The notes: a model not told the origin generated them from the letters alone. A stretch of 20,000 nucleotides of DNA from an uncultured virus (IMG/VR IMGVR_UViG_3300025141_014349) (IMGVR_UViG_3300025141_014349); one strand, 5' to 3'; counted from the first letter of the stretch, positions 8,621 through 16,949 are shown. Translations and numbers: made by a program.

Positions 8621-9108
8621 GTGGTACTACTTTTTTTCTATGTATGGTAGTGGTTCAAATGGACTATACTTACGACCAAGCAAAGACGGCGTGTGACTTG
8701 ATGCCCATTATCGAGCAGGAGTCCTATAATAACAATATAGACCCAGGATTAGTGGTATCTATTATCCACGTAGAGAGCGCGTGGCGCCCAAACGCTGTTA
8801 GTGCTAGGGGTGCGTGCGGATTGATGCAACTCGTCCCCACATCCCATCGTACGCCCTCTGGGAAGGTATATAGTTGTAGGCAGTTGAAAGATCCGGCGCT
8901 GAATATTCGCTTGGGAGTAGAGCACCTCAAGAAGTGGATAGATTTAGCGAACGGGGAAATGCCGCTAGCGCTGTGTGTCTATCATAGAGGACCTAAGTGT
9001 TTTGAAGATCCATCTTATCACTATATTGAAAAAGTAGTATCTGTGTATGGTCGGTTCATATCAGAGGTGGTCGCTCTAGGAGGATCTTATGAAGAAGGTG
9101 GCGGATGA
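8617..9108 (+). CDS. Lytic transglycosylase (SLT domain)
   Basis: IIHVES (catalytic Glu), NAVSARGACGLMQL, LKDPALNIRLGVEHL, ALCVYHRG (cf. ALAAYNAG); GTGA overlap with the recA stop. Confidence 0.9.
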   Translation: MSGTTFFLCMVVVQMDYTYDQAKTACDLMPIIEQESYNNNIDPGLVVSIIHVESAWRPNAVSARGACGLMQLVPTSHRTPSGKVYSCRQLKDPALNIRLGVEHLKKWIDLANGEMPLALCVYHRGPKCFEDPSYHYIEKVVSVYGRFISEVVALGGSYEEGGG

Positions 9109-9280
9109 TTTTATAAAATCGCTTCGAGAAACTATCTCAATTGCTATTGAGGCGCACGAGTTGATGATTGCTGATGTATCAAAAGCATCTCAGAAGGTGA
9201 AGCGTCTCCAAAAGGAGAATCAGAAGTTGAAAGAAAAGCTGGCGGCACTGCAAAAGAGTGCGAAAGAGAAAGAAGAATAG
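9089..9280 (+). CDS. Small coiled-coil hypothetical protein
   Basis: AGGA RBS; heptad-like KVKRLQKENQKLKEKLAALQK; fills the gap between the SLT and exonuclease genes. Confidence 0.65.
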   Translation: MKKVADDFIKSLRETISIAIEAHELMIADVSKASQKVKRLQKENQKLKEKLAALQKSAKEKEE

Positions 9281-9281
9281 A

Positions 9282-10259
9282 ATGAAAAGATTGATGGTTA
9301 TTGACGGGAATAACGCTTTCATTAGACATTATATAGTCAACCCTTCCATCTCCACCAACGGGCAACCAATTGGTGGAATTGTTGGGTTTTTGCGTGGATT
9401 ACAAAAGTTGAGTCGCATGATCCGCCCGGATGGAATTGTGGTGGTGTGGGATGGTGCAGGTGGCAGCAAGAAAAGAAAGTCCATGGTGAAAACCTATAAA
9501 GAAGGAAGGAAACCAGTTAGACTCAATAGAAATATTAGAAATCTAGACGACAACGAGGAGGCAGAAAACGCCATGTGGCAACAGTTGAGGGTGGTAGAAT
9601 ATCTCAATGAAACGCCCGTAGTTCAGTTTGTCTTCCCTGAAGTAGAAGCGGATGATGTGATCGCGCAGACGTGCCTCCTGCCGGAATTTAAGGAGTGGCA
9701 GAAGGTGATAGTGTCGAGTGATAAAGATTTTATTCAATGTTGTGATTCCAACACCATTCTTTACCGGCCAATTCAAAATGAGATTCTGAATGAGCGTGAA
9801 ATAGTAGAGCAGTTTTCTATTCATCCCACCAACTTTGCGTTGGCACGAGCAATTGCAGGAGACAAATCAGATAACCTTCCGGGCGTTTCTGGTATAGGAT
9901 TGAGTACAATTGCCAAGCGACTTCCAATGATCCAAGAGGGGAACACTTTTCTGTTGAGCGATTTGGAGCATGAGTGTCACAAGAAGGTCGAGGAAGGCAC
10001 CAATCTGACGTTTTACGGTCGCGTCTTGGATAACCTGAAGTTGATTGGATTGAATTATAAGGTCATGCAGTTATATAGTCCTTCGATATCCATCCAGACA
10101 GCACAAGTCATCAGTTCAACATTTGAGTCCTATGACCCACAATTTAGACAAACAGAAATAATAAAGATGCTGTTTGCGGATGGGTTCCCTCAAGTTAATT
10201 TAGATGATATTTATGGTGTGTTTAAGAGAATCGTCCGCGAGAGCAAAGAAACTTCTTGA
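9282..10259 (+). CDS. 5'-3' exonuclease / flap endonuclease (Pol I N-terminal domain or T4 RNase H-like)
   Basis: LMVIDG, VVWDG, YKEGR, EADD, SSDKDFIQ, AIAGDKSDNLPGVSGIG (helix-hairpin-helix); start set at ATG 9282. Confidence 0.93.
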   Translation: MKRLMVIDGNNAFIRHYIVNPSISTNGQPIGGIVGFLRGLQKLSRMIRPDGIVVVWDGAGGSKKRKSMVKTYKEGRKPVRLNRNIRNLDDNEEAENAMWQQLRVVEYLNETPVVQFVFPEVEADDVIAQTCLLPEFKEWQKVIVSSDKDFIQCCDSNTILYRPIQNEILNEREIVEQFSIHPTNFALARAIAGDKSDNLPGVSGIGLSTIAKRLPMIQEGNTFLLSDLEHECHKKVEEGTNLTFYGRVLDNLKLIGLNYKVMQLYSPSISIQTAQVISSTFESYDPQFRQTEIIKMLFADGFPQVNLDDIYGVFKRIVRESKETS

Positions 10260-10284
10260 CAAAAATACAAAATCGGGTTATGAT
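10256..10284 (+). promoter_or_regulatory. Sigma70-type promoter for the helicase-RNR genes
   Basis: TTGACA (10256-10261, contains the upstream TGA stop), 17 nt, TATGAT (10279-10284). Confidence 0.8.
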
Positions 10285-10313
10285 CTATTAAGAATTAAAA
10301 GACGGGGAATAGT

Positions 10314-11669
10314 TTGATCGATGAAGAAAAAAAGACATTTGGTACGTTTGGGAAATCGTTCCAAGAAGCATTAGCAAAATTGATTTTGGAAGATTCCAAA
10401 TTTGCATCCCAAATCGGAGAAGTCTTGGATATAAATTTCTTCGAACTGAGATACCTTCAGAATTTTGTGAAGAAGGTGTACGCTTACAGAGAGGATTACA
10501 CTACTCACCCTAGTCGCGACACCTTTGAGAGTATGCTGAAGAGCGACTCTGGTGGCGCCCATGAAGCAGTAAGAAAACAGGTAAGAGATTTCTACGTTAG
10601 AGTGGTTTCCGGGCGTACCGGAGATGTGGATGAAGAATATGTAAAGACCAATTCGCTAGATTTCTGTAGGAAGCAGAAATTACAAGAAGCAATGCTGCAA
10701 AGTGTCAATCTTATGCAGAACTCTTCTTTCGATGAAATCAGTAAAATCATCAACGACGCGCTGAAGTTGGGTCTTAACACAGATTTTGGATATGATTTTA
10801 TTGAAGATTTCGAACAGCGCTATCAACTGGTTTCTCGACACCCCATTACTACCGGTTGGGCGGAAATAGATAAGATTTTACGAGGTGGATTGGGGAGCGG
10901 CGAGTTGGGCGTAGTGATTGCTCCCACCGGAGTGGGCAAAAGTATGGTATTGACCAGACTGGGCGCCAAAGCCATACAGGCCGGAGAGACCGTAGTTCAC
11001 TACACTTTGGAACTCCAAGATGTGAGTGTGGGAAATCGATACGATAGTTGTATTACGGGCATTCGTCTCAATGACTTATTTAATCAAAAGGATGAGATCT
11101 TAGAAGAGATTCGCGAGATTCCTGGCAGACTGTTGATTAAAGAATACCCTACAAAATCGGCCACGACGAAGACCATTCGCAATCATCTAGAGAAGCTTCA
11201 GCAGCGCGATATTGACATTGGAATGGTAATTGTTGACTATGGAGATATTTTAAAACCTATTTTTCATTCAAAAGAGAAAAGGGATAATCTCGAAACTATT
11301 TATGAAGAGTTGAGGGCAATTGCGCAAGAGTTCGAATGCCCTGTTTGGACGGCCTCCCAGACCAACAGGAGTGGAATAAACGCTGAAGTTATAACCATGG
11401 AATCTATAAGCGAAGCATATTCAAAATGCTTTGTAGCGGACTTTATTTTTTCAGTTTCGAGGACGGTTGCGGACAAAATGAACAACACCGGTAGAATTTT
11501 TATTGCTAAAAATCGTAATGGCATCGATGGGGTGGTATATCCAATCTTTATGGATGCTGCCAATGTAGATATCAAAGTTCTCCCTCAAATTAATCTCACT
11601 TCCAGCGACGATAAACTGAGTGCTATTCAAGAAAAATATAAAGAGTGGCGCGGCACACAAAACACATAA
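10314..11669 (+). CDS. dnaB: Replicative DNA helicase, DnaB/T4 gp41 family
   Basis: ITTGW..ID..L.GG, Walker A APTGVGKS, YTLE, IKEYPT, IVDY, WTASQTNR, IAKNRNG; TTG start after GGGGA. Confidence 0.93.
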   Translation: MIDEEKKTFGTFGKSFQEALAKLILEDSKFASQIGEVLDINFFELRYLQNFVKKVYAYREDYTTHPSRDTFESMLKSDSGGAHEAVRKQVRDFYVRVVSGRTGDVDEEYVKTNSLDFCRKQKLQEAMLQSVNLMQNSSFDEISKIINDALKLGLNTDFGYDFIEDFEQRYQLVSRHPITTGWAEIDKILRGGLGSGELGVVIAPTGVGKSMVLTRLGAKAIQAGETVVHYTLELQDVSVGNRYDSCITGIRLNDLFNQKDEILEEIREIPGRLLIKEYPTKSATTKTIRNHLEKLQQRDIDIGMVIVDYGDILKPIFHSKEKRDNLETIYEELRAIAQEFECPVWTASQTNRSGINAEVITMESISEAYSKCFVADFIFSVSRTVADKMNNTGRIFIAKNRNGIDGVVYPIFMDAANVDIKVLPQINLTSSDDKLSAIQEKYKEWRGTQNT

Positions 11670-11692
11670 ACTAAAAAGGAAGGGGAGCAATT

Positions 11693-13549
11693 ATGGAGTT
11701 GTCAAGTAAAATTTTGAGTGATATTACTGTTTACATGAAATATGCTAGGTATTACGAGGATGAACAGCGAAGAGAGACGTGGGAAGAGTTAGTAACGAGA
11801 AATAAGGAAATGCATTTGAGAAACTATCCTCAACTGCATAATGAGATCGAGAAGGCGTATCGACTGGTTTATGAGAAGAAAATTCTCCCATCGATGCGTT
11901 CTTTGCAGTTTAGTGGTCGACCAATCGAGATTTCTCCCAATAGGATTTATAATTGTGCTTTTCTTCCCATAGATGACTGGCGCGCGTTTAGTGAGGTGCT
12001 CTTTCTGCTGCTGGGCGGCACCGGCGTAGGGTACAGCGTGCAGCGTCATCATGTCGAGAGACTCCCCGACATCCGAAAGCCCAACCCAGAACGAAATCGT
12101 CGATATCTTATTGGAGATAGTATTGAGGGGTGGGCCGACGCAGTAAAGATTCTAATGAAATCTTATTTTTTTGGCACCCCTACTATCAATTTTGATTTTA
12201 GTGACATACGCGCCAAGGGTGCACAATTAGTTACAAGCGGTGGCAAAGCGCCCGGTCCCGAACCCCTCAAGACTTGTTTACGTCAGATTAAAGGTATCCT
12301 CAACGAAAAGAAAGATGGAGATCAACTGCGATCATTAGAAGTGCATGATATCATTTGCCACATTGCAGATGCAGTTTTAGCAGGCGGAATCCGCCGCGCT
12401 GCTCTGATTTCATTGTTTTCAGCAGATGACGAAGAGATGATTGCTTGTAAGTATGGCAATTGGTTTGAGAGAAACCCGCAGCGAGGAAGATCTAACAACA
12501 GTGCAGTTTTACTGAGACATAAAATAGATCGAGAGTTCTTTGATAACCTATGGGAAAAAATTAAATTAAGCAACAGTGGAGAACCAGGCATTTATTTTTC
12601 TAACGACAAGGACTATGGAACTAACCCGTGTTGCGAAATAGCGCTCCGCCCATTCCAGTTTTGTAACTTGTGTGAAGTTAATTCTTCCGATGTGGAAGAT
12701 CAAGAAGACCTCAACAACCGCGTTTCTGCTGCTTCTTTCATTGGCACGTTGCAGGCAGGATATACTAATTTTCATTATTTGCGCTCCGTATGGCAGCGCA
12801 CAACGGAAAAGGAAGCATTGATTGGCGTAAGCTTAACTGGAATCGCCTCCAGGAGGTTGGAAGACCTAAATCTGAAAGAGGCAGTACAAGAGGTTAAGAG
12901 AGTCAACGTTGAGACTGCGGAGAAGATTGGCGTCAACACTGCCGCTCGTCTTACCACTATTAAACCAGCGGGAACAACGTCTTTGGCGCTGGGATGCAGT
13001 TCGGGCATCCATGCGTGGCATAATGATTATTATATCCGCCGCATTAGGGTTGGTAAAAATGAGTCTATTTATCCTCACCTTGTGGCAAACCACCCAGAGC
13101 TGGTTGAGGATGAATACTTTAGACCTCACGACACGGCAGTGATTGCGGTGCCACAGAAAGCACCGCAAGGCGCCGTATTGCGACACGAATCTGCCTTCAC
13201 GTTGCTGGAAAGAGTAAAGTGGTTTTACGAGAAGTGGATCAAACCAGGACATCGCCGCGGCCAAAATACTCACAATATTTCTGCTACTGTTTCGCTCAGA
13301 GAAGATGAGTGGGACGAGGTGGGAGAGTGGATGTGGGAAAACCGCCATTGTTATAATGGACTTTCTGTGCTTCCTTATTATGGTGGTTCCTACAAGCAAC
13401 CGCCCTTTGAAGATTGCGATAAAGAAAGTTATGAACAAATGATGGCGTCTTTGAGCATGGTGGATCTCACGAGGATCAGCGAAGTGGAAGACAACACGGA
13501 CCTCAAGGGAGAACTAGCATGCCAAGGTGGCGCCTGCGAGATAAGATAA
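11693..13549 (+). CDS. nrdJ: Class II (adenosylcobalamin-dependent) ribonucleotide reductase
   Basis: KYAR...RETW, LPSMR, YNCAF, GTGVG, GGIRRAA, GEPG, TNPCCEI (thiyl Cys), TTIKPAGT, C-terminal CQGGAC; no beta-subunit gene adjacent. Confidence 0.9.
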   Translation: MELSSKILSDITVYMKYARYYEDEQRRETWEELVTRNKEMHLRNYPQLHNEIEKAYRLVYEKKILPSMRSLQFSGRPIEISPNRIYNCAFLPIDDWRAFSEVLFLLLGGTGVGYSVQRHHVERLPDIRKPNPERNRRYLIGDSIEGWADAVKILMKSYFFGTPTINFDFSDIRAKGAQLVTSGGKAPGPEPLKTCLRQIKGILNEKKDGDQLRSLEVHDIICHIADAVLAGGIRRAALISLFSADDEEMIACKYGNWFERNPQRGRSNNSAVLLRHKIDREFFDNLWEKIKLSNSGEPGIYFSNDKDYGTNPCCEIALRPFQFCNLCEVNSSDVEDQEDLNNRVSAASFIGTLQAGYTNFHYLRSVWQRTTEKEALIGVSLTGIASRRLEDLNLKEAVQEVKRVNVETAEKIGVNTAARLTTIKPAGTTSLALGCSSGIHAWHNDYYIRRIRVGKNESIYPHLVANHPELVEDEYFRPHDTAVIAVPQKAPQGAVLRHESAFTLLERVKWFYEKWIKPGHRRGQNTHNISATVSLREDEWDEVGEWMWENRHCYNGLSVLPYYGGSYKQPPFEDCDKESYEQMMASLSMVDLTRISEVEDNTDLKGELACQGGACEIR

Positions 13550-13575
13550 TTTTGAGTATATTTAATTTTTTAGAC

Positions 13576-13604
13576 TTGACAACCAATAAAATTTGATGTA
13601 TAAT
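13576..13604 (+). promoter_or_regulatory. Perfect-consensus sigma70 promoter
   Basis: TTGACA (13576-13581), 17 nt, TATAAT (13599-13604), AT-rich UP region; AAGGAG RBS before ATG 13634. Confidence 0.88.
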
Positions 13605-13633
13605 AGGTTTACGCACAGAAAAGGAGATTAGTT

Positions 13634-13915
13634 ATGGCAACTAACTTAAAGGTAGTAAGCACAGTTGAATCAACTGACACTGAAAAAGAAGAGAAAATCG
13701 TAGATTATATAAAATCTATAAAAGAATTAGAAGAAGCGATGGAACCCTACAAAGAACAAAGAAGAGATCTTAAGAAGAACTACGTCGAAAACGGGTGGCT
13801 CACAAAAGAAGAGATAAGTACCGCAGTAAAAGCGTTTAGGTTGATGAAGGGAGAAGTAGATTTAGATCAGATGAGAGATTTCTTTAATCTTTATGAAAGG
13901 ACGAAGGTGATTTGA
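13634..13915 (+). CDS. Small helical protein, possibly dsDNA-binding (T4 DsbA / GapR-DUF2312-like)
   Basis: IVDYIKSIKELEEAMEPYKEQRRDLKKNYVENGWLTKEEISTAVKAFRL resembles the long helix-G-helix pattern of that group; strong promoter and RBS. Confidence 0.5.
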   Translation: MATNLKVVSTVESTDTEKEEKIVDYIKSIKELEEAMEPYKEQRRDLKKNYVENGWLTKEEISTAVKAFRLMKGEVDLDQMRDFFNLYERTKVI

Positions 13916-14248
13916 ATGACACAGGAAGCGCTTGTCCCTCTCAACCGACATGTATTGCTAGAAGATGTGGAACCAACAGAGAAGGAAACTTCGCCGGTTC
14001 TGATACCGGAAGACTATAAGATGGTCAAAGAGTTCGGGATTTATCGAGTAATAGAATCTGCGCTCAATTGCGAAAATTATTTTGCCGAAGGGCAGTTGGT
14101 GGTGGTGGAAGAGAACATGTTGCGCCAGATAGATTTGGGGACTAATAAGAAATATTATATTATTCCTGAGAACTTAATTGTGCTGCGTTCTGGACCGGTC
14201 ACTCTCAAGCGCGAAACGCCGCAAGGCGCCCCATTCAATGAAGACTGA
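13916..14248 (+). CDS. groES: GroES-like co-chaperonin
   Basis: LVPLNRHVLLE, mobile-loop-like TEKETSPVLIPE, EGQLVVV, YYIIPENLIV follow the Cpn10 strand order. Confidence 0.7.
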   Translation: MTQEALVPLNRHVLLEDVEPTEKETSPVLIPEDYKMVKEFGIYRVIESALNCENYFAEGQLVVVEENMLRQIDLGTNKKYYIIPENLIVLRSGPVTLKRETPQGAPFNED

Positions 14249-14294
14249 TCTCACATTTCGGTTTCCACTGACGCACGCCGCTACTCCAAGAGAA

Positions 14295-15017
14295 ATGAGG
14301 AAGAAAAAGATTCACCTCTATGGCGACGGAAAAGGTTCAGTAGAATATGTGGAACACATGGGCAGCGATTTATCCGTGGTAAATTCTGCTCGCGTTTCTT
14401 TCGGTGTGCATAAAAAAAAACTAAACGAAGACGATAAGAAACTTATCTCTTATTTGGTGAAGAACGGTCATACCTCCACACTTGAACATTGCAGCATAAC
14501 AATGCGCCTTACTGTTCCCCTCTTCGTCCGCTCCCAACACCACAGGCATCGAACTTGGTCGTACAATGAGATCTCACGGAGGTATACCGATGTGGATATT
14601 CAGTTTTATGAACCGAAAGAGTTCAGGACTCAACATGATAGCAACAGGCAGGCAAGCAATGTGGGGGACACTAGCGATCCTATCGTGGCATGGAATGAGA
14701 AGTCTTTTCCTGAAGGAGGTGGTCTGCCCGTATACGCCAGCGGCATAACTAGAGAACACCACAAGGAATCTATGCGAGTCTATCAGAGTTTACTTGACGC
14801 TGGCGTATGCCGCGAGCAAGCGAGGGGAGTGCTACCGCAGAACATGTATACTCAATATTATGGCACAGTAAATCTAAATAATTTGCTAAAGTTCATTGAT
14901 TTGCGAACCCACGAAGGAGCGCAATGGGAGATACAGAAGGTTGCCGAAGCATGTTTGGAAATAGCAACTGAACTGTTTCCTATTACAGTGGGCGCATATA
15001 GAAAAGAGAGGAAATGA
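14295..15017 (+). CDS. thyX: Flavin-dependent thymidylate synthase
   Basis: NSARVSF, GHTSTLEH, signature RHRTWSYNEISRRY, REQARGVLP, LRTHEGAQWEI; start uncertain (ATG 14238 or 14295). Confidence 0.95.
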   Translation: MRKKKIHLYGDGKGSVEYVEHMGSDLSVVNSARVSFGVHKKKLNEDDKKLISYLVKNGHTSTLEHCSITMRLTVPLFVRSQHHRHRTWSYNEISRRYTDVDIQFYEPKEFRTQHDSNRQASNVGDTSDPIVAWNEKSFPEGGGLPVYASGITREHHKESMRVYQSLLDAGVCREQARGVLPQNMYTQYYGTVNLNNLLKFIDLRTHEGAQWEIQKVAEACLEIATELFPITVGAYRKERK

Positions 15018-15784
15018 TTGTTCCGCACTACAATAAGATTATTGTAGGGGGATCTTTGGCAGCACTGCTCTACGCGTATAAAAATAAAATACCTGTAGTG
15101 TGGGTTAGTCCCAGGATCCCCTCGTTCTTTGAGGTGGATGAAAGAGGCAACAGTAAGCAACAACTGTGGCACAAATTAGCGTTTCAACTATCTTTGTCCG
15201 GCACCGCACCGATGGCACCCGGCGGTACAAGTATTAGGGTAGAGGATAACAATATCCTAAAACTCTTTACGGATGGTCCCTTCTTTGCTACGCTTCGATT
15301 CGGCGAGTTGATCGTCTTCGATGACACTCAGTTGGAAGGGTGGGACAACGAACTTGGGCGCGCCAAAAAGTATCGTGTTCTTGATTGGATTAACGATAGG
15401 CAAAGTTCACCCCACAAGGTCGAAAAGATGATCAGCGACGACGACTTGGCTAGAGAGGTTTATTTTTATCCCTCTCATCGGATAGACGGCAATTGGAGTG
15501 GCAAGAAGGATATGGTAGCGGTTTCTTATTTGAACCGCAAGCAAATTGATAGCGTGGAATATTGTGATACTTATGTGAGATTTAAGGTTTTACACATGAT
15601 GAAAGAAGCGGGCATACGTGGTCCAAAAAATGGCGTGAACAAGAAAGATCCCACCAAGCATAATTATTTATCCGTTAAAATAGAGACGGCGAGACGAGAG
15701 GTAGAGACAATCATAATTCCCCCCTTCGACGAAGACGAACTCTTACAAGATTTTGAATTGAGGAATCGGTATCTGGATGGATAA
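15014..15784 (+). CDS. Hypothetical protein with degenerate N-terminal Rossmann (FAD/NAD-binding-like) motif
   Basis: KIIVGGSLAALLYA...IPVVWV resembles the beta-alpha-beta GxGxxG unit but lacks glycines; overlaps the thyX stop. Confidence 0.55.
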   Translation: MIVPHYNKIIVGGSLAALLYAYKNKIPVVWVSPRIPSFFEVDERGNSKQQLWHKLAFQLSLSGTAPMAPGGTSIRVEDNNILKLFTDGPFFATLRFGELIVFDDTQLEGWDNELGRAKKYRVLDWINDRQSSPHKVEKMISDDDLAREVYFYPSHRIDGNWSGKKDMVAVSYLNRKQIDSVEYCDTYVRFKVLHMMKEAGIRGPKNGVNKKDPTKHNYLSVKIETARREVETIIIPPFDEDELLQDFELRNRYLDG

Positions 15785-16724
15785 GAAACCGAGTACAACA
15801 ACTTATTATAATTTGGTGGGCATTGTCCCGGTAGCAGCGCAACCATTAGATTTTAAATTCCCTTGGCACGATAGTCTAATTCCCATTGGGAATAATTATC
15901 TTGCAGTTGAACGAAGTGTATACGAGTGCGCCGTCGCTGGTTGCGAGAGCATATGGGTGGTGTGCCATAAAGAAATGCAGTCTTTGATCCGCCATCGTTT
16001 GGGCGACAGAATATGTGATCCCACCACCCTCCCAGTTATTAAGAGTCACTTTGTAAAGCACGCTTCGGAACATATAAAATATATACCAATATATTACGTT
16101 CCCATACATCCCAAAGATAGAGATAAGAGGGACTGTCTTTCATGGAGCATTGTTTATGGTTCAATGCGCGCGTTTTCGATATCAAAGATGATAAGTAAGT
16201 GGACAGTTCCTGATAAGTATTATGTTTCTTTTCCTTATGGAGTCTACGATGCCCTTCAGATGAAAGAGCATCGCACGCAAATATCTAGCAAGAAAAAATT
16301 CTATCTGTCGCACAAGGGAAAGACAATAAAGGACGGCGAGTATCTTTCTTTTACTTTTGATGCGAAGGACTGGAAAGAATTTAGAAGAATCATTCGAGGC
16401 GGAACGGGGAAGTATGAACCAGGGTCTTATTTTGATGAAGAGTCCCGCACCATAAAGGGAGATGTTCTTCCTGTAAATGAAAGGCATGACGCGAAACACT
16501 ATTCCCTAGAAAAGGTTTTCGGGTGGTTAGATTTGGAAGATCACAATACGGCGGAGTGTAAATCATATTATAAGATTGACAACTGGGAAGGTTATTGTAC
16601 CTATATGGGGACCGATGTCGCAAAGAATCTAAAGAGACCCAACTACACCCTTAAGTATCACGAACATAATCCATTTGGAGTAGACCGGGAAGAAATCGTA
16701 GGCAACGCTGAAGAAACTTCTTGA
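15777..16724 (+). CDS. Divergent sugar-nucleotidyltransferase-fold protein
   Basis: LVGIVPVAA...SLIPIGNNYLAVERSVYECAVAGCESIWVV follows the NTP_transferase N-terminus (GIILAGG..LLPI....AGI.EI.IV) but lacks GGxGTR and PK. Confidence 0.55.
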   Translation: MDKKPSTTTYYNLVGIVPVAAQPLDFKFPWHDSLIPIGNNYLAVERSVYECAVAGCESIWVVCHKEMQSLIRHRLGDRICDPTTLPVIKSHFVKHASEHIKYIPIYYVPIHPKDRDKRDCLSWSIVYGSMRAFSISKMISKWTVPDKYYVSFPYGVYDALQMKEHRTQISSKKKFYLSHKGKTIKDGEYLSFTFDAKDWKEFRRIIRGGTGKYEPGSYFDEESRTIKGDVLPVNERHDAKHYSLEKVFGWLDLEDHNTAECKSYYKIDNWEGYCTYMGTDVAKNLKRPNYTLKYHEHNPFGVDREEIVGNAEETS

Positions 16725-16749
16725 CAACCTTCGCAAAGTGTGGTATAGT
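16721..16749 (+). promoter_or_regulatory. Sigma70-type promoter for tRNA-Leu and the beta-barrel gene
   Basis: TTGACA (16721-16726, contains the upstream TGA stop), 17 nt, TATAGT (16744-16749), extended -10 TG. Confidence 0.8.
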
Positions 16750-16772
16750 GTAGGCAGATTTTGAAAATGGGA

Positions 16773-16858
16773 GCCGGGATGGCGGAATTAGTATACGCAA
16801 GGCACTTAAAATGCCTCGATCTTTGATCTTGCCGGTTCGAGTCCGGCTACCCGTACCA
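16773..16858 (+). tRNA. trnL: tRNA-Leu(UAA), CCA encoded, non-canonical acceptor stem
   Basis: Anticodon stem AGGCA/TGCCT with TAA at 16807-16809, variable arm GATC-TTT-GATC, T arm GCCGG-TTCGAGT-CCGGC, A discriminator plus CCA; acceptor GCCGGGA/TACCCGT has two mismatches. Confidence 0.85.
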
Positions 16859-16949
16859 TATATTAGGGTGGACTGTGACATATAGCAAAAAAATAAAACG
16901 ATATGCCGCAAAAAAATTACAGACGATTCTGAGTAAGGAGAAACTTCTA

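Noticed and set aside
7502..13549. Inteins, introns or homing endonucleases in recA, helicase or RNR
   Set aside because: Proteins are of normal length with contiguous motifs; no intein termini or LAGLIDADG/HNH patterns seen.
14205..14260. CGAAAC-GCC-GCAA-GGC-G hairpin resembling hammerhead stem III upstream of thyX
   Set aside because: No correctly placed CUGANGA core or UH cleavage site; lies in coding sequence; only a short GNRA hairpin is supported.
16875..16949. Longer upstream start for the beta-barrel gene (similar extensions at 7487, 9258, 14178 and 19610)
   Set aside because: Downstream ATGs have better RBS spacing or match the expected domain or signal-peptide start.
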